Source: an uncultured Gemmatimonadaceae bacterium (GTDB taxonomy: Bacteria; Gemmatimonadota; Gemmatimonadetes; Gemmatimonadales; Gemmatimonadaceae). From it: a DNA stretch of 64,000 nt. Below are positions 46,099 through 56,011 of this stretch, in pieces. The first letter of the stretch is position 1. Every line of letters starts with the position of its first letter. Location of the stretch: the NCBI GenBank assembly GCA_963817955.1, contig CAWFQK010000001.1, positions 288,001 through 352,000 on the forward strand, read 5' to 3'. The position numbers and the translations under genes are program-made. Below the pieces are notes generated by a model. The model was given only the letters and a program-made list of their open reading frames with translations. It searched no databases and was not told the origin of the DNA.

Positions 46099-47154
46099 AT
46101 GTCCGTACACCGTTCGTCCTCCGATCCAATGAACGCGCCAGACTGGGACGCAATCGCGCGATACCTCGCCGGCGAGAGTTCGGGCGAAGACGCAGAGCGC
46201 CTGCGACGGTGGCTGGAGGACCATCCCGTCGACTGCGAGCTGGTGGAGCGTCTAAAGGATGCGGCGCACGTTGAGCCGGTTGAGGTGGATGTGGAAGCCG
46301 CACTTCGCCGCGTACATGCGCGGATGCACGAGCCCGCACCTTCGGTTTCCGTCCCGCGGCTCACGCTGCACCGTGTCGAGGCACACGATGTCCGCCTACG
46401 AGTGGCAGGACTAGTCACGGTACTCGCCGCTGCCGCCGCTGTCTTTGCGTTGATCAGACCGCGTCAGCAAGCCGTTGGATCGTCACCGGTTGCGCGCTCG
46501 TACGTTACAGCGATCGGCCGCCGAGACTCCGTGCTCCTCGCCGACGGATCGCGCGTGGTGCTTGGCCCAGACAGTCGCCTCACTGTTCCGGGCGATTACG
46601 GCACGACCGTTCGATCGGTCACACTGCATGGAGACGGCTACTTCGAGGTGCGGCACGATGCGGCAAAGCCGTTCTCCGTGCGGGTCGATCGGGCACTCGT
46701 GGAAGACATTGGCACCACATTCACCGTCGAGAGCGATGACAGCGGCTCGACCACAGTGGCTGTGATGAGTGGGAGCGTACTGCTGCGCCCGGTCGATATG
46801 CCGGCGAAGGCCGGCGCGGTGCTTGCCGCTGGAGACCGTGGATCGTTGACGCCGGACGGTACCGTGCATTCCCATCCGCGGTCCGTCGCAGACGATGCGG
46901 CGTGGACGACGGGTCGTCTAGTATTGCGTGATGCATCGCTGGCTCGTGTTGCGGGTGAGCTGCACCGCTGGTATGGTGTGGAACTACGCGTCGCGGATTC
47001 ATCGTTGTTGTCGCGGCACGTGACGGCATCGTTCAATGGAGAATCAGTGGATCGGGTTCTCGAGATCATCGGCCTCGCACTCGGTGCACGCATCGAGCGC
47101 TACGGAGACAGCGCGACCATTCATGCGATTCACGGGTCCGCTGTAGCGCGGTGA
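46099..47154 (+). CDS. fecR: FecR-family anti-sigma factor
   Basis: IARYLAGE...RWL N-terminus, one TM, LADGSRVVLGPDS, GDGYFEV, GTTFTV, AWTTGRLVLRD. Confidence 0.9.
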   Translation: MSVHRSSSDPMNAPDWDAIARYLAGESSGEDAERLRRWLEDHPVDCELVERLKDAAHVEPVEVDVEAALRRVHARMHEPAPSVSVPRLTLHRVEAHDVRLRVAGLVTVLAAAAAVFALIRPRQQAVGSSPVARSYVTAIGRRDSVLLADGSRVVLGPDSRLTVPGDYGTTVRSVTLHGDGYFEVRHDAAKPFSVRVDRALVEDIGTTFTVESDDSGSTTVAVMSGSVLLRPVDMPAKAGAVLAAGDRGSLTPDGTVHSHPRSVADDAAWTTGRLVLRDASLARVAGELHRWYGVELRVADSSLLSRHVTASFNGESVDRVLEIIGLALGARIERYGDSATIHAIHGSAVAR

Positions 47155-49682
47155 CCGACTCGGCAAGCCGGCTACGCCGTGCACTCGGCTGCGCGTCCGT
47201 GGCGCTCACTTTGGCGCGTCCATCACTCGCGCAGTCACGTCCCTGCAGTGTTGCCCCAAGCGATCCTGCCACGGTGTCGGCAACTTTGTTGTCGTCCCCA
47301 CTCGATCGGATCATCTCGCTTCAGGCGACGGGTATCTCGCTACGCGACGCGCTCGACCGCATTGCCGCGTTGGCAAAGGTGCGTCTGTCGTACAGCGCCG
47401 AAGCACTGCCGCTCGATCGTGCCGTCTGCGTGCTGGCTGACCGCGTGGCCACCGGCCATGTACTGGCAGAGCTGCTGGTCGGCACAAATGTCACGGCGGT
47501 CGCGGCGGGAGCAGACCAAGTGGTACTCGCGCCGCGACCTCCCCGCGCAGTCACGACCGACGACATGGCGCATTCCCTCGGCGTCCTCGATCGCGTCGTC
47601 GTCACCGGGAGCGCCGTTGGCGCGTCCGAACGCGAGCTCACGGTGGGCCTCGATGTTGTGACCGGACGACAGCTCGCACGCGAGAACGCCGGCACGCTCT
47701 CTACCGCTCTCGACGGACACGTGCCCGGGGTGTGGAGCTGGGCACAATCGCCGAGTACCGTGCTCGGGACGTACGGCAGCATTCGAGGCGCAAGTTCGTT
47801 TGGACTCAGCTATCCCAAGATCTACATCGATGGAATCGAGGTAGCGAACCCACTGCTCATTAGCCGCTTCGCCCCAGATGCGATCGAGCGGATCGAGGTC
47901 ATCCGCGGTCCACAGGGATCGGCGCTGTACGGCACCGACGCCATCAGTGGCGTGGTGAACATCGTGACGCGCCACGACGGCACGGACGCCGACGGCTCGC
48001 ATACGTCGCTACGGACGACCGCAGGAGTCACCCAAAGCGCGTTCGCCAATGATGTGCTGACGCAGGACCACGCGGTGTCGTTTGCCACCGGGAGCAGCAC
48101 TCGTTCGGCGGATCTGCGCGTTTCCGCTGGAAGCATGGGCGATTTCATTCCGAACGGATATAGCCGCGATATCATGGCGAGCAGCAGCGCGCGAATCGTT
48201 GGCGCGCGCGGTACTCTCAGCGGCACCGCGCGCCTGCTCATGGAAAATGCCGGTAGTGCGATGAGTCCGCTTCTTGTCCGCCCGACGTTGTCTACCTCTG
48301 CGTCGGACACGTTGTATGAAGACATGCTGCAACGCAGCACGCAGCCGCAGTCCATTCGTGAATTCACTGTTGGGACCGCCGCGACGCTGACCCCGTCGGA
48401 GCGTTGGACACACTCGTTCGTCGCCGGAGTGGACGGATATCACCTGGCCAACGTGCAGACCAACTTCACGCCAATCCCCACGGTCGCCGACTCAGCGCTA
48501 CGCGCCGCGCAGGGCGGAGCGGCCCGCGGGACGTTGCGGGCAAGCAGCGTTTTGCATGTTCACGGTAACGACCCGACGCGAGCCACCATCACATTCTCCG
48601 CCGAGCATGCAGTTCTGCGGGAGACCGTAGCGGTGGATGATGTTACGACTACGGTGGCACATGGGGCGACGGTGGCATACGGGTCGACGCCAACGCACAC
48701 CGAGGTTGCGCAGAACGCGGTACAGTGGCAGACCAATACCGGCCTTACGACCCAGGCGAGCGGCACATGGAATAACACGCTGTTTGCCACCGGCGGAGTT
48801 CGCGTCGAACGTGATAGCCGGCTCACGGCCCCGCAGCGGACCGCGACACTGCCAATGTTCGGCGTGGCCGCCATCGAAGACTACGGTCCTCTTACCGTGA
48901 AGCTTCGGGCGGCGTACGGCAAGGGCATCCGTCCGCCATCCACCCTCGGCCACGAAGAGTTCTGGCAGCCCGCGGCGCGCTCGGCAACACAGCCTTCGCT
49001 ACGTGCCGAAGAGCAGGCCGGCACCGAAATCGGGGTCGACGTGTTCCTGCGGCAAGCGCTGGCATTCAAAGTCACGCGTTTCGACCAACGCGCCTCGAAT
49101 CTCATCCAGCAGGTCGCGATTGCGGCTGACTCGAACTATGAATCGCATCGCGTGGCATATGCGCTGGAGAATCTCGGCGAGATCAGCAATCGCGGATGGG
49201 AGCTGGAAGCATCGAGCGGCTTCTCACGGCTGACCATCTCGGGAACGTTGTCGTTCGTCGACAGCCGGGTGCAGAAGCTCGCGAACGGGTACACGGGCGA
49301 CCTGCTCACGGGTGATCGCATGCTCCAGGTGCCGGCGCGGACGGGGGCCATGAACTTCTCGTGGGTCGGCGACCACTGGTACGCGACGCTTGGCGGCTCG
49401 CGTGCTCTGGACTGGATCAACTATGACGAGCTGGCGCTGACCAATGCTTTCCTGAGCGGACGTCATACAGCGCGCGATCTGCTCGGTTTGCAGCTCCGGC
49501 AGTACTGGGGTCAGTACAACGGCGGCTTGCGTGTCCGCGCCTCGGTGTCGCGAGATCTTCTCGGCATGTTCGCCGTGGAGATCAGCGGCGACAACCTGTT
49601 GAACTATCAGCGCAACGAACCGGACAACATCACGGTGGTGCCGGGCCGCACGATCATGACGGGATTGCGCATCAAGTTCTGA
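47151..49682 (+). CDS. TonB-dependent receptor with N-terminal signalling (STN-like) domain
   Basis: LRDALDRIA...VRLSYS signalling domain, LDRVVVTG TonB box, IERIEVIRGPQGSALYG..AISGVVNIVT plug, C-terminal GLRIKF. Confidence 0.9.
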   Translation: MTDSASRLRRALGCASVALTLARPSLAQSRPCSVAPSDPATVSATLLSSPLDRIISLQATGISLRDALDRIAALAKVRLSYSAEALPLDRAVCVLADRVATGHVLAELLVGTNVTAVAAGADQVVLAPRPPRAVTTDDMAHSLGVLDRVVVTGSAVGASERELTVGLDVVTGRQLARENAGTLSTALDGHVPGVWSWAQSPSTVLGTYGSIRGASSFGLSYPKIYIDGIEVANPLLISRFAPDAIERIEVIRGPQGSALYGTDAISGVVNIVTRHDGTDADGSHTSLRTTAGVTQSAFANDVLTQDHAVSFATGSSTRSADLRVSAGSMGDFIPNGYSRDIMASSSARIVGARGTLSGTARLLMENAGSAMSPLLVRPTLSTSASDTLYEDMLQRSTQPQSIREFTVGTAATLTPSERWTHSFVAGVDGYHLANVQTNFTPIPTVADSALRAAQGGAARGTLRASSVLHVHGNDPTRATITFSAEHAVLRETVAVDDVTTTVAHGATVAYGSTPTHTEVAQNAVQWQTNTGLTTQASGTWNNTLFATGGVRVERDSRLTAPQRTATLPMFGVAAIEDYGPLTVKLRAAYGKGIRPPSTLGHEEFWQPAARSATQPSLRAEEQAGTEIGVDVFLRQALAFKVTRFDQRASNLIQQVAIAADSNYESHRVAYALENLGEISNRGWELEASSGFSRLTISGTLSFVDSRVQKLANGYTGDLLTGDRMLQVPARTGAMNFSWVGDHWYATLGGSRALDWINYDELALTNAFLSGRHTARDLLGLQLRQYWGQYNGGLRVRASVSRDLLGMFAVEISGDNLLNYQRNEPDNITVVPGRTIMTGLRIKF

Positions 49683-49702
49683 CGCGCGATCCCGATGGCG
49701 GC

Positions 49703-50212
49703 CTACGGTGTGCCAACCTCGTCGGGCTCTGCATCCTCGTGCACGATCGTCCGGCGGGCCAACTGCACTACGCCCGCGAGCACCATCCCCCACACCACGA
49801 TGGACAGGCCGCGGGTGACCAGCGCGTTGAAGGCCATTCCCGCCCAGTCGTCCCAGTGCGCGCGCACCGTACCGTTGGCTTCACGACCAACGAGGATCAG
49901 GAGCGCGCTCGTCGTCATCTCCGCGGCCACTTCGATTACGGCAAATACAGGGGCGCGCCAGAGGTACTGGTGGAGCGGATAATTGGCCAGGTGTGTGGTG
50001 AGCATGCCGAGCAGAAGGATCAGGCCCAGCGCGAACGTGCTCCCCAGATACAGCCAGTTGTTGGCACCGTGCGTGAAGATGAGCAGACGATAGATGCGCA
50101 CGAGCACACCCGTCACCACTGCCATCTCCACGAGCGAAAACGAGAAGCGCCGAAACGTTCTTGGCTCCTCGAGTCTCAGCTCGAGGGTCCGTCTCGGAAA
50201 GAAAGTCGCCAT
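49703..50212 (-). CDS. Hypothetical membrane protein (4 TM)
   Basis: Four hydrophobic segments; GGGGTGAG RBS-like sequence. Confidence 0.75.
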   Translation of the reverse strand: MATFFPRRTLELRLEEPRTFRRFSFSLVEMAVVTGVLVRIYRLLIFTHGANNWLYLGSTFALGLILLLGMLTTHLANYPLHQYLWRAPVFAVIEVAAEMTTSALLILVGREANGTVRAHWDDWAGMAFNALVTRGLSIVVWGMVLAGVVQLARRTIVHEDAEPDEVGTP

Positions 50213-50267
50213 GGCTCACCCCTGTTAGACAAACGAATTGCCGAAAGGGTGGCAACGTGACATCAAA

Positions 50268-52643
50268 TCACGGCCAACCAGCGGATGCGGCCACTGGAGC
50301 GCCGCGCATGACAGCAACGAGTGTCTCCTCGAGCTTCTCGAAGGCGAACGGCTTCATGATCACCGGCTGCCGATTGGCGGCGTTCCGTCCAATGGCAGTG
50401 ACGACGTCACCCGTAATGAACACTGTTCTCGCCGCCAGTCCAGGCCGCTCGCGGCGCAACCGTTCATGGAACGCTGGGCCATCCATTCCTGGCATGCGCA
50501 GATCACACACGATTGCGTCGACCGCCGCCGTGCGCACCATCTCCAGCCCTTCAATGCCGTCTCCGGCCGTGACCACGGTAAAACCGCGTATTTCACCGAA
50601 GGCGCGTACGCCGCTGCGTAACGCCGATTCGTCATCAATGAACAATAAACGGATGCCGGCCAGTGGCGAGCGGAGCACCAATCCACCGGACTCGCGCCTC
50701 GCATTGTCGTTCGCCTGTTCGTCAACCGCGGGGAGCGTGACGCGGAACGTCGAACCAGCATTCGACGTGTTGGCCACCTCAATCCTTCCGCCGTGGGCGG
50801 TGATGATCCCGTAACTCACGCTCAAACCCAGGCCGGTCCCTTCGCCCTCTCCCTTCGTGGTGAAGAAGGGCTCGAAGATATGAATTCGCGCCGCCTCGGG
50901 AATACCCGGCCCGGTATCGCGCATGTCGAGTACGACGTGCACTCCGTCGCGCCGCGTCGACACGAAGAGCGTGCCGCCGCCAAGCGTCGCCATCGCCTGG
51001 ATCGCGTTCGTCACGAGATTCAGACAGACCTGCTGCAACTGCCGTGCGTCGCCGACGACGGCGGGTAGCTCGGCAGCCAGATCGGTCTCGACGTTGACTT
51101 TGTTGGATGTGAGCTGATAACCGCGCAACCGGAGCGTTCGTGACAGCACGCTGTTCAAATCGAGCGGCTCGCGCTGGGGCTCGCTGCGCCGGGCGAACGC
51201 CAGCAGGTCCTTGACCACCTGGGCCGCGCGCAGCGTTTCAGACTTGATCACCTCGATCGAATCGCGCTGTGCCGCGGTGAGTCCGCCGTCGCGCAGGAGC
51301 AACTGAGCGAACGCGCTGATGCTGCTCAGCGGATTGTTCACTTCGTGCGCCACACCGGCCACCAGCTCGCCGACGGCGGCAAGGCGGTCGGACTCCATGA
51401 GCCGCGCACGCATGTCGCGCTCGCTCGTCATATCTCGGCCCACCAGCAGGACGGCCGGCGGATCAGCCTCCGGCAATCGGCTCATGGCGAGCGCCACGAC
51501 GCGACGGCTCGTCGCTCCGTGCGACTCGTGCTGGAACGATACTTCCACGCGCGCCGGCGATCCGGCGAACGTCGCCTCGAGCGAGCCGCACAGCTTTTCG
51601 CGGTCATCCTCGGACACGAGGTCCGTCACTCGCCGTCCGACAACCTGCAGCGGGTCGACGCCGGTGACGTCACGCACCGCATCGTTCGCCTCGCGAATGC
51701 GACCACTCTCGAGTACCGTGAACACCGCGTCCGGCGCGGCGCGGAAGAGTGTACGGAATCGCCATTCAGCCTGCCGGAGTGTCTCCACGAGCTCGGCGTT
51801 CTCCAGCGAGACGGACAGCAGGTCAGCCATCGCCTCGATGCGCTCGAGATCCGCGGTTGTGAATTTGCGAGCGTCCTTCGTGCCCAGAGTCACTGCACCG
51901 ATACGCTCGCCGCGCCGAGCGATCGGCACGATGGCGACCCCCTTGATGTGTTCCTTGACGCGTTCGTAGATCAGATCCGACACCTGGCCGGCCTGCGCCG
52001 GCAGGTCCGACGTCGTCCAGGCCGTTCCGGTACGAATCACACGACCCATGGCGGAGCCGGAGATCGGGATGGTCATCCCGGTCAAGTCCGCGCCGATCCC
52101 GGCGCCGACGACGACGCGAATCTTACCGTCGTCTCCAGTCAATCCGACGATTCCCCCCTCGGCTTGCGCAATGTCGACCACCGCCTCGAGGAAGCGTTCC
52201 AGCACGCGCTGCGGATTCAGCTCCAGCGCGATTTGCTGCCCAAGCCACCACATGCGCTGCAGCACGCGTTGCGCGTCGTCCAGCTCCGTCGTGCGGCTGA
52301 CCACCGCCCTCTCGAGCGTGGCGCTGATCTGTCGTTCTTCGGTGATGCGCCACGCGAGCTTCTCCACGGAGCGCCGTTCGTTCGTCGCATTGAGGAGCGC
52401 GAGCAAGCCGCTGCCCGCCGCACAGAGGAAGAGGCCGAGCAACATGACACTCGGCTGATCCCGCCAAAGCTGTATCAGGAGTATGGCGCCGATCCCGACG
52501 ATCGCGAGCTGCCCCAGGATGATGATCTTGGTGGCGCTGGTGATGTGGGAGAGCAACCGTCGCATGAGGCGAGTGGAAGGAGGGCGCGAATCGCCGTTGA
52601 CGTCAAGAATGCGTCGAGCAGCAAGGGAAATGGTACGCGCCAT
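50268..52643 (-). CDS. Hybrid sensor histidine kinase (2TM-GAF-PAS-HisKA-HATPase-REC), NtrB-like core
   Basis: GVAHEVNNPL, NLVTNA, FEPFFTTK, GTGLGL, C-terminal IDDE...CDLRMPGMDG...KPF; start may be 52565. Confidence 0.9.
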   Translation of the reverse strand: MARTISLAARRILDVNGDSRPPSTRLMRRLLSHITSATKIIILGQLAIVGIGAILLIQLWRDQPSVMLLGLFLCAAGSGLLALLNATNERRSVEKLAWRITEERQISATLERAVVSRTTELDDAQRVLQRMWWLGQQIALELNPQRVLERFLEAVVDIAQAEGGIVGLTGDDGKIRVVVGAGIGADLTGMTIPISGSAMGRVIRTGTAWTTSDLPAQAGQVSDLIYERVKEHIKGVAIVPIARRGERIGAVTLGTKDARKFTTADLERIEAMADLLSVSLENAELVETLRQAEWRFRTLFRAAPDAVFTVLESGRIREANDAVRDVTGVDPLQVVGRRVTDLVSEDDREKLCGSLEATFAGSPARVEVSFQHESHGATSRRVVALAMSRLPEADPPAVLLVGRDMTSERDMRARLMESDRLAAVGELVAGVAHEVNNPLSSISAFAQLLLRDGGLTAAQRDSIEVIKSETLRAAQVVKDLLAFARRSEPQREPLDLNSVLSRTLRLRGYQLTSNKVNVETDLAAELPAVVGDARQLQQVCLNLVTNAIQAMATLGGGTLFVSTRRDGVHVVLDMRDTGPGIPEAARIHIFEPFFTTKGEGEGTGLGLSVSYGIITAHGGRIEVANTSNAGSTFRVTLPAVDEQANDNARRESGGLVLRSPLAGIRLLFIDDESALRSGVRAFGEIRGFTVVTAGDGIEGLEMVRTAAVDAIVCDLRMPGMDGPAFHERLRRERPGLAARTVFITGDVVTAIGRNAANRQPVIMKPFAFEKLEETLVAVMRGAPVAASAGWP

Positions 52644-52713
52644 TCTCCCGCAACGCCAAACAGCGCTCCCAATTACAGACGCGTGACCGGCGATTCCGTT
52701 GCACTCTCCAGCG

Positions 52714-53547
52714 TCACTTCACCCAGTGTCCGATTCGACCCCAGCGGATATCGGTGAGCGCCGGCATCGGCCGATCGCTCACGGTCCCACTGCACTCGCC
52801 GGAGTCGTCACCTGGACCTGGCACGTACGAGTAGTACACGAACAGCGGCCGGCCACGAAAGTTGGCCTTGGGTACGGTGCCCCAGTAGCGGCTGTCCTTG
52901 GAGCAGTATCGGTTGTCGCCCATCATGAAATAATGATCGGCTGGGATCACGAGCGGTCCCCAGTTGCCGAGCGTTGGCTGAGCGGGGGCCGGCCCGAAAC
53001 GCGAGCTCTTCAGCTCGATGTTGTGCTGCCAGTCGAAATTCGGCGCAACCGAATTGTCGTCACCTCTGGGGTTGCTCGCGGCGAATCCCTGGCGTTGCGG
53101 AATGCCATTGAGGTACAGCTGACCACCACGCATGTACAGCGTATCGCCCGGCATGCCGATCAATCGCTTCACGAGTGTCGGCGTGAAGTCCGGCGCATTG
53201 TCGGCTTGGTATGGGGACTCGAACACCACCACATCGCCGTGCTTCGGCGACGTGTAGCCCGGCAAATGCGAATTCGTGAACGGAATCGTCGGCCCGTACA
53301 CGAGCTTGTTCACGAAGAGCCAGTCGCCGACGAGCAGCGTCGGAATCATGCTGCCCGACGGGATGCGGAACGCCTCGACGAACAGCGTCTTCACGAACAG
53401 GTAGATGATGATCGCGCCGGCGAGCGACTTGAAGTTCTCCCACAGCCAGCGTCCCGCGGGCTGTGCCGACTTCTTCTTCGCCCCCGCGCCGCGCGCCTGC
53501 GCGACGACGTTGGTCGGTTTGGACGGCTTCTCTGTGCGTTTGGCCAT
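52714..53547 (-). CDS. lepB: Signal peptidase I
   Basis: IPSGSMIPTL (catalytic Ser), VKRLIGMPGD (catalytic Lys), MGDNR..SKDSRYWG. Confidence 0.95.
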   Translation of the reverse strand: MAKRTEKPSKPTNVVAQARGAGAKKKSAQPAGRWLWENFKSLAGAIIIYLFVKTLFVEAFRIPSGSMIPTLLVGDWLFVNKLVYGPTIPFTNSHLPGYTSPKHGDVVVFESPYQADNAPDFTPTLVKRLIGMPGDTLYMRGGQLYLNGIPQRQGFAASNPRGDDNSVAPNFDWQHNIELKSSRFGPAPAQPTLGNWGPLVIPADHYFMMGDNRYCSKDSRYWGTVPKANFRGRPLFVYYSYVPGPGDDSGECSGTVSDRPMPALTDIRWGRIGHWVK

Positions 53548-53683
53548 GATGCGAATGAGCGGGGCACCGACAATCTAGCTGTCCTACGGCGGAAGCAGGC
53601 GAGGCGTTCCAACGGCAGCGGATGGATATGCAGCGGGGGGACGTGCATTGCGCACGCCCCCCCGAGTGCAGACCAGCGACCGA

Positions 53684-54085
53684 CTACTTGATGTGCTTGT
53701 TGACGAGCTTGGTCATCTCGAACATCGAGACTTTGCCCTTGCCGTTGAACACCAGCTTGAGCTTGTCGTCGGCGTTGATCATGCGACGCTCTTTCGCGTC
53801 TTGGAGATTGTTGCGCTTGATGTAGGCCCAGAGCTTTTTCGTGATCTCTGTGCGCGGAATGGGCGTGTTGCCGACGACCGCGGCGAGTGCCGGAGACGGC
53901 TGCATCGGCTTCATGAAGGCGGCGTTCGGGGTGCGCTTTGCACCCTTTTTCGCGACGCTCTTCTTCGCGACGCTCTTCTTCGCGACGCTCTTCTTCGCGA
54001 CAGTCTTGGCGGCCTTTTTCGCGCCGCCTTTCTTGGCGCCAGCCTTCTTGGCGGCGCTCTTCTTGGCACCCTTCTTTGCAGCCAT
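53684..54085 (-). CDS. SWIB/MDM2-domain protein with histone H1-like Lys/Ala-rich N-tail
   Basis: AAKK repeats, 3x KKSVA; RTEITKKLWAYIKRNNLQD, INADDKL, VSMFEMTK. Confidence 0.9.
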   Translation of the reverse strand: MAAKKGAKKSAAKKAGAKKGGAKKAAKTVAKKSVAKKSVAKKSVAKKGAKRTPNAAFMKPMQPSPALAAVVGNTPIPRTEITKKLWAYIKRNNLQDAKERRMINADDKLKLVFNGKGKVSMFEMTKLVNKHIK

Positions 54086-54137
54086 TCTCTCTCCCGGTAG
54101 ATGGAATGGTTGAGGATGAAAAACCACGAAGACAATC

Positions 54138-54324
54138 GATTTCCCCTATGAAAAACGATCGTCTTCGAGGGCGAAAGGTATAATCATCGCCGTAGGACGC
54201 AATAGGGAAATTGCGTTTTCCCCCTATGAGAAGCGACGATTTTCCCTATGAAAACTGCCGACGATCTCTCGATCGCGATGCAATCTTCCCTCTGCGCAAC
54301 GACGATTTCTCCTCTGTGATCACG
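54138..54324. repeat. Cluster of degenerate ~22-bp direct repeats plus one inverted copy
   Basis: CGATTTCCCCTATGA (54138), CGTTTTCCCCCTATGA (54214), CGATTTTCCCTATGA (54237), CAATCTTCCCTCTG (54281), CGATTTCTCCTCTG (54303); inverted ATAGGGAAATTGCG near 54202. Confidence 0.6.
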
Positions 54325-54403
54325 CGCAGCGCCACGCTGAAGCGCTCCGCGCGCGCGGGCCTGATCGAGCTCGTGTCGATCGTGTGGGCGCCGACCCAGT
54401 GAG

Positions 54404-55111
54404 TCACGTCGGACGTTCCTTCCAGAGGTTGATCATTCGCGAACCGCCAACGTAGTCGACACTCTCCGGGTTCTTCAGTCGTCGCAAGCTGCGCACGACA
54501 TCGGCGATTCGCAGCGCTTGTTCGTGAATGACGTCGATCAGCTCATTCCGCTCGCCCCGTTCCTCGAGTTGCATGATCATCAGCTCGGCATTGCCGAGGA
54601 GCGCCGAAAGCGGGTTGTTGATCTCGTGTTGCAATGCGAGCATCGCTTCGCCGATGCCGGCAAGCCAACGCGCCTCCGACAACTCCGCTTCGGCGCGCCG
54701 CCGCGCGGCCTCCTGTGAAATACGCTTGCGCGCCACGATGAGTCGCGCGCGCAGATCCTCCGGTGTGGTCGGTTTGACGATGAACTCGTCGCCGCCCGCG
54801 TCGAGCACGCGCTCCAGGCTCTCCGGATGATCCCGTCCCGTGAGGAACAGCACGAACACCTCGGGTCTGTCATGGACCTCACGAATGCGCCGGCAGAGTT
54901 CAAGTCCGCTCACGTCGGGCATTTCAACATCCAGGATCACGAGGTCGGGATGCCACTCCTCGAACAGGTGCCACGCATCGGCGCCAGTCGAGGCAACCTC
55001 CATGTAGTGGCCGAGCTCGGCGAGCACCGCGACGACCAGCAGCCGCACGATCGGGTCGCCATCAGCCACCAACACTCGGAGCGGCATCGGCCGCGCGGTG
55101 GGATCGCTCAT
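54404..55111 (-). CDS. Response regulator with C-terminal HisKA-like dimerisation domain and no ATPase domain
   Basis: VLVADGD, ILDVEMPD, FIVKP, then LQHEINNPL; ATGA overlap with the upstream gene. Confidence 0.8.
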   Translation of the reverse strand: MSDPTARPMPLRVLVADGDPIVRLLVVAVLAELGHYMEVASTGADAWHLFEEWHPDLVILDVEMPDVSGLELCRRIREVHDRPEVFVLFLTGRDHPESLERVLDAGGDEFIVKPTTPEDLRARLIVARKRISQEAARRRAEAELSEARWLAGIGEAMLALQHEINNPLSALLGNAELMIMQLEERGERNELIDVIHEQALRIADVVRSLRRLKNPESVDYVGGSRMINLWKERPT

Positions 55112-55893
55112 CGGATCCGGCCGATCCGCACGACGCGCGATACGATCGTGTCCGCGGCACCAATTGTCGTCCAAGACACGGCGAGCGTCGGCCCGCGCAA
55201 TGCGACCAGCGGCGACGAGGCGATGTCCACATCGCGCGACGCCGTCGCGTGCCACTCGAAGATATGCCCTTGCGTCATCGACAGCGCGACGTCCACCTGC
55301 CGGCGCGATCCGTTGGGTTCTTCGTACGCCACGGCGACGCGATCGCCCTCGGCCGCTATCGCGGTCGGAACGAGACGCTCGCCGTAGATCACAGGAACAG
55401 GAGAGTGGAGCATGGAGCCCATGAAGTGCGCGAAGAACACACCGGTGCCTTCGGAGGCCGTCATCGAATACGCGACGTGCACGTCGTCGCCCACCGTTGT
55501 CAGCGACGGTGGTGGCCGGTTACAGCCGCGGGAGCTGACGTCCGAAGTATCGACCGCCGCGGCCTTTCCCCAAGTCTTGCCAGTATCGGGCGACTCCGCC
55601 GCATACAGCACCGCGCTGCTGTCCGGTCGCACGCTCCACCACGCAGCGTGCAGATGCGACGTGCCGAGCGCCGTACGCAGCGACACGACGCAGAGCCCGA
55701 CCGCTGACGGCGACGCCACAACGCGAGCAGTATCGACGATGAGCCGCGGCTGACCCGCCGAGTCGATGACGAGCCGGTCGCCGCCGGCAGTGGCCGCGAT
55801 TTCGGAGGGATCGTTCCACTCGACGCGAGGTTTGTCGCAGGCGAGGAGCGCAAGGAGCGCAAGGACACACGAGGCAGGGCGCATGGCCCTCAT
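55108..55893 (-). CDS. Hypothetical lipoprotein with Asp-box (BNR/sialidase-like) repeats
   Basis: Lipobox LLAC; SPDTGKTW and SMTQGHIF. Confidence 0.7.
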   Translation of the reverse strand: MRAMRPASCVLALLALLACDKPRVEWNDPSEIAATAGGDRLVIDSAGQPRLIVDTARVVASPSAVGLCVVSLRTALGTSHLHAAWWSVRPDSSAVLYAAESPDTGKTWGKAAAVDTSDVSSRGCNRPPPSLTTVGDDVHVAYSMTASEGTGVFFAHFMGSMLHSPVPVIYGERLVPTAIAAEGDRVAVAYEEPNGSRRQVDVALSMTQGHIFEWHATASRDVDIASSPLVALRGPTLAVSWTTIGAADTIVSRVVRIGRIR

Positions 55894-56011
55894 CTTAGTC
55901 GGTAAGATTATCTTCCGGCTATCGGCCATCGGCTGGTTATCCGCTCGAGACGGATGGCGCCACAGGCGATAGCCGGGATCCGATCCCCGTGCCCTAACGA
56001 CAAGGATTGAT

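Noticed and set aside
54138..54324. Possible degenerate CRISPR array
   Set aside because: Repeats are too short and variable, spacing is irregular and one copy is inverted.
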